From the sequence record OP114734.1: a stretch of 64,000 nucleotides of DNA. The stretch is one strand, 5' to 3'. The position numbers and the translations under genes are program-made. The notes beneath the pieces are model-generated. The model was not told the DNA's origin and ran no database searches. It worked only from the letters and a program-made list of their open reading frames with translations. Shown here piece by piece: positions 47,609-55,753 of the stretch. The DNA comes from Escherichia phage vB_ESM-pEJ01. Within the stretch, counting starts at the first letter, position 1, and every line of letters starts with the position of its first letter.

Positions 47609-47842
47609 TTTTGATTATATTTTATTCACGTCCATTTGTATAGTAGTGTTTGAATCGACCTTTGCTAAACTAGTTAAACATAGTAACCAATTCACCATCC
47701 CTTTCCAATGATAACCCTTCCTCGTCTTAGACGGGTCTTCCGATTCGGCAGTAATTGAACACGCGAAAGTATGAGGAAGCCAAATAGTTGTGTTAATGCT
47801 AGTATTCTTTTACTTCTGGTATGCATCCCACGGTGACTAACA

Positions 47843-48241
47843 TTAAGACAGTCGAGTGAGTTTATAAATTGTTTTAAAACATAGAGCTTTGATATCGTCT
47901 AAAACGCTCTGTAACGAGCTATCAACATCATTATAAATCTCACTAGCCATTTGCGTTAACTCTTGCAAATAGGCAATTTCGCTAATCTCCTTGCGGACGA
48001 CCAACGTTGGCTGATAACGACCAGTGATCCCAATATTGGTTTCAGTGAAATCATCAACCAATTCTTGCATTTCAAGATAGAACTCTTCTAGAGCCTTATG
48101 TTTTGCATAAGATCCAGGACCAGTTACCCCAAAATGCGCAGAATGCATATAAGTAACACTCATCAGACATTCACCGATAAAGCGGTCAACTTTATTATCT
48201 TTTCCCTCTTCGGACGTCTTTCGAAAATCACTGAATTTCAT
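47843..48241 (-). CDS. possible ferritin/Dps-like four-helix-bundle protein (about 132 aa)
   Basis: MSVTYMHSAHFGVTGPGSYAKHKALEEFYLEMQELVDDFTE loosely resembles Dps HWNVxG...HE motif; start at ATG 48241 (track ORF begins 48340). Confidence 0.35.
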   Translation of the reverse strand: MKFSDFRKTSEEGKDNKVDRFIGECLMSVTYMHSAHFGVTGPGSYAKHKALEEFYLEMQELVDDFTETNIGITGRYQPTLVVRKEISEIAYLQELTQMASEIYNDVDSSLQSVLDDIKALCFKTIYKLTRLS

Positions 48242-48530
48242 GTTCTCGATTCTCCATATTATGCAACATAACAAACTGTTGTGCGGCATATTCCCCCATA
48301 ATAAAACACTGCTTAGAATCCATACATTTACTACGAGCATACATCTTCATAATATGGGCATGAAATTTCTGGCTGGTTTCAATGGAAGGAGATATTTTGT
48401 TTACATATACTATCATTGCACCGTCGAAATAATCAGTAAAGTCACCAGTTGGATCATATTGATCAGCACTGACACTTCCGACCGCAGTCAAGCATATTGC
48501 CGCTGTTAGAGTTTTACGAATAAATGACAT
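48228..48530 (-). CDS. secreted/periplasmic protein with signal peptide
   Basis: N-terminal MSFIRKTLTAAICLTAVGSVSA signal-peptide-like; TATAAATA late-promoter-like motif (rc about 48568-48577) 40 nt upstream. Confidence 0.5.
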   Translation of the reverse strand: MSFIRKTLTAAICLTAVGSVSADQYDPTGDFTDYFDGAMIVYVNKISPSIETSQKFHAHIMKMYARSKCMDSKQCFIMGEYAAQQFVMLHNMENREHEIQ

Positions 48531-48598
48531 AAGTCATTCCCCCAGATTAAAAATATTCAGTTATATTTATAATCTGGGGCTTTATTTATGATTAACTC

Positions 48599-49195
48599 TT
48601 ATTTGGTAGTACCGTCAATAAAATGTTTACGGCACACAGAGACATATTTATCCTCTGCACCAACTTCTATTTGAGCACCATCGCGAATAACATTACCCTC
48701 TTTATCTACACGAAGGACCATTGTTGCTTTCTTGCCACAATGACAAATACCCTTCATTTCGACCAGTTTATCAGCAAATGCCATTAATGCCGCAGATCCT
48801 TCAAATAGATTGCCCTGAAAGTCGGTGCGAAGGCCATAGCACAGTACAGGGATATTTGCATCATCGACAAGCGCACACAAGCCTAAAACATGCTCTTTAG
48901 TCATAAATTGGGCTTCATCTACAAATACAGCATCAGGACGCCATCGATCCGGTCTACGCTTACCTAACGATTCACGATAAACCAAATCGAAAAGATCATC
49001 CGATTCAGTGAAGGTGATCGCTGGAGCACTTAGGCCAATTCGGGAAACAACTTCACTTTCTGAATCTCGATTATCAATCGCTGGCTTAAGAATTAATACT
49101 CGCATATCACGTTCGGTATAGTTATAAGCACTTTGTAACAGAGAAGTTGATTTGCCAGCGTTCATAGATGCATAGTAGAAATATAGTTGCGCCAT
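48599..49195 (-). CDS. tk: thymidine kinase
   Basis: Walker A YASMNAGKS, VDEAQF, C-terminal zinc ribbon CHCGKKAT...VCRKH. Confidence 0.9.
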   Translation of the reverse strand: MAQLYFYYASMNAGKSTSLLQSAYNYTERDMRVLILKPAIDNRDSESEVVSRIGLSAPAITFTESDDLFDLVYRESLGKRRPDRWRPDAVFVDEAQFMTKEHVLGLCALVDDANIPVLCYGLRTDFQGNLFEGSAALMAFADKLVEMKGICHCGKKATMVLRVDKEGNVIRDGAQIEVGAEDKYVSVCRKHFIDGTTK

Positions 49196-49488
49196 TAATT
49201 AATCTCCAAAAATCCAGCAAGACCTAAACCGATATAAGTCCAGATACAAAGGAAAAAGAAGCAAACACCCATAGCAAAGATAAATCCGCGTAGTGTCTTT
49301 GGATAACCTACCCAATATTCCCGACCATCTTCTAACCGGATCAGCTTATTTCCTTGAGAGTCCATATCAATTACAACATGTTTATTTCTGGATTGTAACA
49401 GATATTGCTTGACAATCTCAATACCCGCCACAATAACAATAACGAAATTGAAAGTCCACATAACAAGATTAATGATAGTCTCAAGCAT
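49195..49488 (-). CDS. small membrane protein (97 aa)
   Basis: Two hydrophobic helices. Confidence 0.45.
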   Translation of the reverse strand: MLETIINLVMWTFNFVIVIVAGIEIVKQYLLQSRNKHVVIDMDSQGNKLIRLEDGREYWVGYPKTLRGFIFAMGVCFFFLCIWTYIGLGLAGFLEIN

Positions 49489-49723
49489 TTTCTATCACCT
49501 CCACCCAATCAGGTGTTTCCTGAAAGACTCCTTCGCCTTCATGATGGTCGCAACCTTTATTGCTACAATACATCCACCAATCCCACATTCCCCACGGTAA
49601 ACGCTGCATATCGTCGTTACAGCAAGTGAAGATGATAGGCCAACCACATCTAACACATCGGCAGTTTTCTTTCATGTGAGCGGTATTAGGCTTCTTCATA
49701 GATGACTCCAATATAATCGACAT
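49481..49723 (-). CDS. Cys-rich small protein (80 aa)
   Basis: CRCVRCGWPIIFTCCN...CSNKGCDHH. Confidence 0.45.
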   Translation of the reverse strand: MSIILESSMKKPNTAHMKENCRCVRCGWPIIFTCCNDDMQRLPWGMWDWWMYCSNKGCDHHEGEGVFQETPDWVEVIENA

Positions 49724-49926
49724 TTACATTTAGGGCAATGCGGTTCTTTAATATAATACCCGTCTGTCTTTGGAACACTAACAGGAGCGGTTTTTATATT
49801 GTATTCGGTGAAACAACGAAAACAAGTTACGTTTTCTACAGACTGACGTTTCACCCAATAACCGGAATAGAGGTCATTTTTATTTGTCATATTCCACCAC
49901 CACAATGTTAATGTCTGGAGTAGCAA
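49696..49926 (-). CDS. zinc-ribbon small protein (76 aa)
   Basis: CFRCF...CPKCKC. Confidence 0.45.
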   Translation of the reverse strand: MLLQTLTLWWWNMTNKNDLYSGYWVKRQSVENVTCFRCFTEYNIKTAPVSVPKTDGYYIKEPHCPKCKCRLYWSHL

Positions 49927-50335
49927 TATTAATGATTTCTTCTACACATTCCAACTCAAGGCCACCGATACCGCAACCGATTTTAGGGATATAGAAAGGC
50001 TGTATAGCACCTTCAAAAACATCATTGAGAGTCTCAAATCCTTTCAGGATAGCACCATATTCAGCATTTGGACCCGGTCGGAATTGGGTATAGAGATTCA
50101 CCCCGCACCAGTTATAACCATTAACTTGATGCGTCCAGACACTAAACCCACCCAACTTTTCTACCTTACCGCGAGAAGTTTGCTTGTCAATCTCTAACGC
50201 TTGCGGGAACTCTTTCGCGATATCCGCAGCAATACCAGCGCCCATAGTATGAAAACAATTACAACCATGAATTAAATGACCGTTTCCTTGTTTAAACAGG
50301 GCGATGAGATCGCCCTTTACAGTATCAATAATCAT
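49880..50335 (-). CDS. Macro domain protein (ADP-ribose binding / ADP-ribosyl hydrolase-like)
   Basis: IHGCNCFHTMGAGIAADIAKEF and IPKIGCGIGGLELECV match the two conserved glycine-rich macrodomain motifs; 151 aa. Confidence 0.6.
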   Translation of the reverse strand: MIIDTVKGDLIALFKQGNGHLIHGCNCFHTMGAGIAADIAKEFPQALEIDKQTSRGKVEKLGGFSVWTHQVNGYNWCGVNLYTQFRPGPNAEYGAILKGFETLNDVFEGAIQPFYIPKIGCGIGGLELECVEEIINIATPDINIVVVEYDK

Positions 50336-50350
50336 AATATAAACCTCTCA

Positions 50351-50710
50351 TTAGTCACGGGAAGACAACCCAGCCATAAAACGGCTTAACAGTGTGTCGC
50401 GATAAGCAAAGCATAATTGCTTATCAGGGGCAGTATCACACAGGTTACGTTTTGTTTTAGCAAAGCTGGCAATACTCAGATCCCACGCTCGATTTTTTCG
50501 TTTTTCGTCTCGACCTTGTTTGTATGCTTCATCAAGTTCGAGCGCGATAAAATCACTACACATGTTATCATCATCACAGAAAGTTTTAATGATCTTTTTG
50601 TTGATCTCAAATCCTTTGTATTCGAACTTTGGATAAGGGCGCTCATTACTAGCAAGCGAACCAGCAGAGAACATCATAACAATCATAGCAATTATTGTCA
50701 ACTTTTTCAT
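50351..50710 (-). CDS. secreted protein with signal peptide (119 aa)
   Basis: MKKLTIIAMIVMMFSAGSLASN signal-peptide-like; 4 Cys. Confidence 0.5.
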   Translation of the reverse strand: MKKLTIIAMIVMMFSAGSLASNERPYPKFEYKGFEINKKIIKTFCDDDNMCSDFIALELDEAYKQGRDEKRKNRAWDLSIASFAKTKRNLCDTAPDKQLCFAYRDTLLSRFMAGLSSRD

Positions 50711-50717
50711 ATATTCC

Positions 50718-51308
50718 TCAATAGCGTTTAGTCTTAAGAATGCCTTTACTCTTTAGATGGTTAGCCTTTTTTAGTACGTCATCAGCATAACCTAATCCGG
50801 CTTTATAGTTCCATCCAGCATTGTAAGAAGCTAGCGCGAGTCGGATATTACCGTTTCGAACATCCAGCCAGTATGCTAACTCATCCATCGCGTAGAATGC
50901 AGAAACCTCGCGATTCATGATAAAGTTGATAGTCTGGCGATCACTCATTTTAACACCGAGCTTTGCATTTTTCGCTTTCACCGTTTTAAGGTAATTTTGA
51001 AACAATCCATAAGCATGATGATTTTTCTTTGGTGCTAAGTTTGCACCCGCGCTTGATTCTTGCCATGCGATACCCGCCAGGATGTGGCCTAAACCCTTTC
51101 CGTTATAGCGAATATTCGGATGGTCCTTTTTCAACTTACCGCTTTTCTCGAATTGCTCGCCGTATTGATAGGCGAAATGTAAATTATCTAGTTGGTGTGC
51201 TGTAAAGTTGTCTATCGGCGCTTTTTTGATCGGTGCGCTAGTCGATGCGTGTGTAGCACCAACGGCTAGTGACAGACTCAATACTATCGCTTTTAGAACT
51301 TTTAACAT
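50718..51308 (-). CDS. secreted lytic transglycosylase (SLT domain) with signal peptide
   Basis: Signal peptide MLKVLKAIVLSLSLAVGATHA; SLT catalytic region GIAWQESSAG...YGLFQ. Confidence 0.5.
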   Translation of the reverse strand: MLKVLKAIVLSLSLAVGATHASTSAPIKKAPIDNFTAHQLDNLHFAYQYGEQFEKSGKLKKDHPNIRYNGKGLGHILAGIAWQESSAGANLAPKKNHHAYGLFQNYLKTVKAKNAKLGVKMSDRQTINFIMNREVSAFYAMDELAYWLDVRNGNIRLALASYNAGWNYKAGLGYADDVLKKANHLKSKGILKTKRY

Positions 51309-51393
51309 TAATTTCTCCTGTTTGGCTTAACTTTCTGATTCCATAATATAGCCCTATCACCAGAAAGTCAAGCATTAATTTAACCAATTTCCA

Positions 51394-51816
51394 TTATTGG
51401 TCTACCTTCAAAACAACCGCCGACATTTTACCCGCCAGTCGTTTTGGATTCTCTATAATCATTCGGCAGCATAGACCGTGATATGGCTTACCCTCTTCGA
51501 TTAGATCTACTGTCATCCCGATCCACATGTTACCATCAGTAATTTCTAATCGATTAGGTCGGTCTTCCATTTTCAGGAAGTCGAAGATCTCCGGCAAACG
51601 AGTTTCTATCTTATTGAATAGTTCCATTGTCTTATGTTCATCGATATGACGATCGGTTAGACGGTCGATCATATGCGGACTAAAGCGAATGAAAATATAC
51701 TCACCGTAACCATCATTCAAGCACTTTTCTTTGATCTGCGCATTGGTTTTGCGCATTTCGGTTTCGAAGAATCTACGCAGCTTACTACGGCGAACATGTA
51801 CGTTAATTGTTTCCAT
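51394..51816 (-). CDS. regB: RegB endoribonuclease
   Basis: INVHVRRSKLRRFFE...NRLEITDGNMWIGMTV...CRMII resembles remembered T4 RegB; start at ATG 51816 (AAGGA SD). Confidence 0.8.
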   Translation of the reverse strand: METINVHVRRSKLRRFFETEMRKTNAQIKEKCLNDGYGEYIFIRFSPHMIDRLTDRHIDEHKTMELFNKIETRLPEIFDFLKMEDRPNRLEITDGNMWIGMTVDLIEEGKPYHGLCCRMIIENPKRLAGKMSAVVLKVDQ

Positions 51817-51820
51817 TTTA

Positions 51821-52156
51821 TTATCCTTTCTTAAACAAATTGCGAAGCCAGTATACAAACGGGATTTCTTTAAACTTGAATTTCTCTATAGTTAATTCTT
51901 TAGTAGCAAGATGAATACCATAAGCATCATGTGTCACGATATGCCATTTTCTATAGTCCAAATGTGAACAACCGTCTGGATCTAGGTTAATAAGAGTTTC
52001 TCGCTCACTAGGATTATTTTTCCACAATTTTGTAATAGGATCGCACATAATTCGACCTAGCGTACCATGAATAATCTCACAACGGTAAAGTTTTCCAGCA
52101 GTGAGATAGGCGCACCCGTCATAGTCGGTATAAACAAACACTTCTTTAACACTCAT
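51821..52156 (-). CDS. small paralog family protein (member 1 of 3)
   Basis: DPDGCSHLDYRKWHIV motif shared with next two ORFs; start at ATG 52156 (AAGGAG SD, promoter upstream). Confidence 0.5.
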   Translation of the reverse strand: MSVKEVFVYTDYDGCAYLTAGKLYRCEIIHGTLGRIMCDPITKLWKNNPSERETLINLDPDGCSHLDYRKWHIVTHDAYGIHLATKELTIEKFKFKEIPFVYWLRNLFKKG

Positions 52157-52184
52157 TTTAATACTCCTTTGTTTCGATGGGGGT

Positions 52185-52213
52185 ATATTACTACCCCCGT
52201 TTTGTTGTGTCAA
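52185..52213 (-). promoter_or_regulatory. sigma70-type early promoter (-35 TTGACA rc 52208-52213; -10 TAATAT; IR gggggta/taccccc)
   Basis: 17-nt spacer; IR 52180-52199. Confidence 0.45.
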
Positions 52214-52474
52214 CTACTTTTTCAAGATTTTTTTAATTGCGTTCCAAAGACCTTTATTCTCAGGTTGTTTTGGTTCTTCGATTAGTGTCCATGTTCGACC
52301 GTCTAAGTGTGCACAATTTTTAAGACAAATAAAAATCTGGTGTCCCTTATCATCACGGATATAACCACTATTCGCAAATCTTTCATGTGGTGTATATTCA
52401 TACAGTGTATTTGGTGTAATATACTTGCGGTTACTATAAGGTGTCATCACATACATCATGGTACTAACTCCCAT
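52214..52474 (-). CDS. small paralog family protein (member 2 of 3)
   Basis: YEYTPHERFANSGYIRDDKGHQIFICLKNCAHLDGRTWTL; start uncertain. Confidence 0.45.
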   Translation of the reverse strand: MGVSTMMYVMTPYSNRKYITPNTLYEYTPHERFANSGYIRDDKGHQIFICLKNCAHLDGRTWTLIEEPKQPENKGLWNAIKKILKK

Positions 52475-52650
52475 TTATCACCGCGAAGATGAGAACATCC
52501 ACCATCAAGAAGTATCGTAATACGATAACCTATATCATCTTTGATGTAACCGATTGTCGGTGGATTTTCGTCGTCTCGTGTCGGGGTAAAATCATACATC
52601 TTTCCGGGCGTAATATCTTGTCCTTTATTGCTATTGGTATAAACTTTCAT
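52456..52650 (-). CDS. small paralog family protein (member 3 of 3)
   Basis: YDFTPTRDDENPPTIGYIKDDIGYRITILLDGGCSHLRGDKWEL. Confidence 0.45.
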   Translation of the reverse strand: MKVYTNSNKGQDITPGKMYDFTPTRDDENPPTIGYIKDDIGYRITILLDGGCSHLRGDKWELVP

Positions 52651-52671
52651 TTTCTTAATCTCCTATATTAA

Positions 52672-53370
52672 CTAACCACGGGTATAGTGTTCCAGAACAA
52701 CTGTCAGATGAATATATTCTAATAGATCTTTCCAAAAGTCAACATCTGGTTCTTCCGGCATACCGTTTTTCTTTGCCTCTTCACGCGCGAGTTTAACACG
52801 TTCGTAGAGATCTTTCAATTCTTCCCGCACATTATCAAAGGTTCTTTCTCCTAACTTACACGCTAAAATAGAAGAACGTCGCGCGAGCGGGAATTGTAGA
52901 TCACCTGTCTGATAGATTTCAAGTAGCTGATAACCAACACGCAGAGCATGAGAAAGATCTTTCCAGTTACTGAAATACTTTTCAGATTTGGCTACCTGTT
53001 TCTTGAGATAACCAGACAAACCCCACATCCCAACATGATAGAATTTATCGCGATGTGTTCGGATGTATTCCCATTCTCTGGAGGATTCAATCAACATGTT
53101 ACTAGGCGCGTGCACCATGTCAATAGCGCCGATATCACCTTTACATGCCAGATTGATAAACCGTTTTAGACTAAACATATTAACGTCAATATCGTCTTTG
53201 GTGTTCTTGATACCTTGACCGCTAGTGCTTTGGTCATAGTGTTCTTTCATCGATCCTAAGATAATTTCTTTCGCAGTCGGAACAAAGATACCACGATAAT
53301 CTTTATCTGAATTTTCAGTATCAAGGCCGTATAAGTGAGATCCGAAGACCATTTTAACCATTGTATGCAT
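52672..53370 (-). CDS. minimal nucleotidyltransferase (Pol-beta superfamily fold)
   Basis: hG[GS]-x(n)-DhD signature FGSHLYGLDTENSDKDY near N-terminus; 232 aa with helical C-terminal half. Confidence 0.5.
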   Translation of the reverse strand: MHTMVKMVFGSHLYGLDTENSDKDYRGIFVPTAKEIILGSMKEHYDQSTSGQGIKNTKDDIDVNMFSLKRFINLACKGDIGAIDMVHAPSNMLIESSREWEYIRTHRDKFYHVGMWGLSGYLKKQVAKSEKYFSNWKDLSHALRVGYQLLEIYQTGDLQFPLARRSSILACKLGERTFDNVREELKDLYERVKLAREEAKKNGMPEEPDVDFWKDLLEYIHLTVVLEHYTRG

Positions 53371-53388
53371 AATTAAACCCTCAGTTGA

Positions 53389-53982
53389 TTAAACGTATTC
53401 AGCAACAACATTATGTTTAAAATTACCGCTCCTTTTTGGATTTGGATTTTTCAATCGACTATGTATTAAATTTTTGTTGTATCCGGTTGCTTTAGACGCT
53501 TCGCCAATACTTTGATAAACAACACCATTAACACGAATCGGACGAGACTTATTAAACAGTTTATTCAATCCGGCATCATATGCATGGTTTTGGTTTTCTT
53601 GCCTCGTTGCGATCTCAAGATTCCAAACACAATTACAAGATTTTACCCCACTTTTATGATTAATTTCAAGACCTTCACAATCACCTATAAAGTGTTCAGC
53701 AACTAGTCTATGAATATAGCGATATTTCTTACTTTCCCCATCATGCAAGCATACATTATAATAACCATCACCAGCGCGTTTAGGTCGGAGTAGTTTACCT
53801 TTAACACGTTTTATAGTAGGGAACTCACCAAATTGATTTCTCTGGATAAACGGAATCTCGCGGTCTAATGAACGGATTCGACCATAGTTAGACACTTGAT
53901 AAAAACTTTCATATCCTTTAATTGGCTTCCATATCTCAGGGATTTCTACACCATCAATAACAACAAGTTTAAATTCTTCCAT
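53389..53982 (-). CDS. HNH homing endonuclease (NUMOD4-like N-terminus plus HNH)
   Basis: IKGYESFYQVSNYGRIRS (NUMOD4-like); YIHRLVAEHFIG...INHKSGVKSCNCVWNLEIATRQENQNH (HNH). Confidence 0.75.
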   Translation of the reverse strand: MEEFKLVVIDGVEIPEIWKPIKGYESFYQVSNYGRIRSLDREIPFIQRNQFGEFPTIKRVKGKLLRPKRAGDGYYNVCLHDGESKKYRYIHRLVAEHFIGDCEGLEINHKSGVKSCNCVWNLEIATRQENQNHAYDAGLNKLFNKSRPIRVNGVVYQSIGEASKATGYNKNLIHSRLKNPNPKRSGNFKHNVVAEYV

Positions 53983-54001
53983 ATTTCACCTCATAAAAAT
54001 A

Positions 54002-54025
54002 AAGCCAACCCTTTCGGATTGGCTT
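54002..54025 (-). terminator. rho-independent terminator 3' of GrcA-like gene
   Basis: rc hairpin aagccaatccgaaagggttggctt followed by UAUUUUUAU. Confidence 0.45.
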
Positions 54026-54030
54026 GTTGA

Positions 54031-54444
54031 TTACATAGATTCCGTAAAGGTACGGGTGATAATATCAAGTTGTTGTTCGCGTGTCAAGGCGTTGAAGCGG
54101 GTAGCATAACCACTGATTCGAATTGTAAGCTGCGGGTACTTCTCAGGATGTTCAACCGCATCAAGAAGAGTCTCCCGACGCAGTACATTCGCGTTGAGAT
54201 GATGACCCGCGTTACTATTTACCCCGTTATCAATTGCTAAAGGACGGAAGCTAGTTGTGTGCAGTTCCAGCGAATCGACGTCTTCTGCGGTGATCACATG
54301 ATCTTCTGCGAAAGTTTTACTAACAATTACTTTAGCGCCGATCAGTGCTTTCGGTTCGGATACCAGAATCATAGGCGCGAAATGTCCACCGATAATAGTA
54401 CCTTTATGCTCACCTTTCATGATTTGAATTGCTTTAAATTCCAT
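54031..54444 (-). CDS. GrcA/YfiD-like autonomous glycyl radical cofactor protein
   Basis: C-terminal [58 protein letters not shown] closely matches remembered E. coli GrcA incl. glycyl-radical RxSGY motif. Confidence 0.7.
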   Translation of the reverse strand: MEFKAIQIMKGEHKGTIIGGHFAPMILVSEPKALIGAKVIVSKTFAEDHVITAEDVDSLELHTTSFRPLAIDNGVNSNAGHHLNANVLRRETLLDAVEHPEKYPQLTIRISGYATRFNALTREQQLDIITRTFTESM

Positions 54445-54579
54445 AATTCACCTCTTATAGATCAGGACGTTCGTCATTAATTTTACCAACCAAAACCCCA
54501 TAGAGTTTATCAGGTTGGACTTTACGATTCTTATTGATTGTAGCACGGAATCGACGAGCCACGCTATCTTTATTTTTCA

Positions 54580-55071
54580 TTAGTTGATACCTAAGCCAAT
54601 GAAAATAGGTTGGTCTTCTACATTACCCATCCCAACACTAAGTCGATTCAATTCTAAAAACTGCAATACGCTGTCAGTAAATCCGCGCATGGTAGTATCT
54701 AGGATAAAAATTGTTTTGTCAAGACTACGACCTCGCCATGTGATCGGATTCAGGAAAGTTCGGATAGACGTACAATCTACATTTGAAATATTTACATTTT
54801 CACCGCGACCGCGATCTCGGATCGTTTTGGCATGTTCTCGCGTCGTTGAAACGATAAAGACACTATAGCCCTTTCGCGTATAATGGTCATATAACTTGAT
54901 TGTAGCGTCTGTATGCCCTGTCTGACGGCCTAAATTGATTGAGACAATGGAATCTAGGTCATCAGCAAAATTGCGTCGCTTACGGCGTTCTATGATGCCA
55001 TTTACGGCAGAAATACACGCAGCATAAATCAAATCTTTACTTTCTAATTCTAAATCAATGTCAATATTCAT
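54580..55071 (-). CDS. hypothetical protein (163 aa)
   Basis: ORF track. Confidence 0.5.
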   Translation of the reverse strand: MNIDIDLELESKDLIYAACISAVNGIIERRKRRNFADDLDSIVSINLGRQTGHTDATIKLYDHYTRKGYSVFIVSTTREHAKTIRDRGRGENVNISNVDCTSIRTFLNPITWRGRSLDKTIFILDTTMRGFTDSVLQFLELNRLSVGMGNVEDQPIFIGLGIN

Positions 55072-55133
55072 GGTAAAGTCTCCAGTGAACGGGGAGAGAT
55101 CCTTAGATTGTCTCCCCGTTGATGGTTAATATT

Positions 55134-55708
55134 TTATTTTGGATCTGGGAAATTCAATAGAGCATATTCTCCATAAAATTTCCTAGCTGCATTATCATAA
55201 GCGATTGCAGCTTCGATTTCTGTGTCATATTGTCCAAGAACATGTCTTTGTAGGTTGACCATTATACTAGCTCTCCATTTCTTACGCAAATCCTTCCTGT
55301 TACACTTACTAACACCCTTATACACACTAGAAAACTTTTAGACTTCTTCTTTCTATTATGTTGATTTTGCGCGTCGGTTGCCTCCATAAGATTTGGAGGA
55401 TTGTTATTAGCAGGATTACCGTCAATATGATCAATTAATCTAACTTGCGTCCCATGTTCTAGAAACCAAACAACCCTATGCACGAATAGATGAACTCTAG
55501 GAAGACCGTCATCTCTACTATGCCAAAATCTAAGATGACCATCTTTATTTGTTCTGACTTTAACTAAATCGCCGTGTTTATATCTACTCCCTAATGGTCG
55601 TCCTTTGATAGCTTTACTATCGACTCTATAATATAAGATACCCTCTATATGAGCATATCTAAGTTTTATCTCGTTTTGTAGGGATTCATCCCAATATTTA
55701 AAAGCCAT
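55134..55708 (-). pseudogene. HNH-AP2 homing endonuclease split by a frameshift at an A-run (or sequencing error)
   Basis: 55262..55708 carries HNH (LFVHRVVWFLEHGTQVRLIDHIDGNPANNNPPNL); AP2 domain (YKGVSKCNRKD...AAIAYDNAARKFYGEYA) continues in -1 frame as ORF 55134..55325; shift near aaaag at about 55318-55326. Confidence 0.55.
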
Positions 55709-55753
55709 TTTATAATCCTCACAAAGCCAGCGATTAAGCTGGCTTTATTTTAG

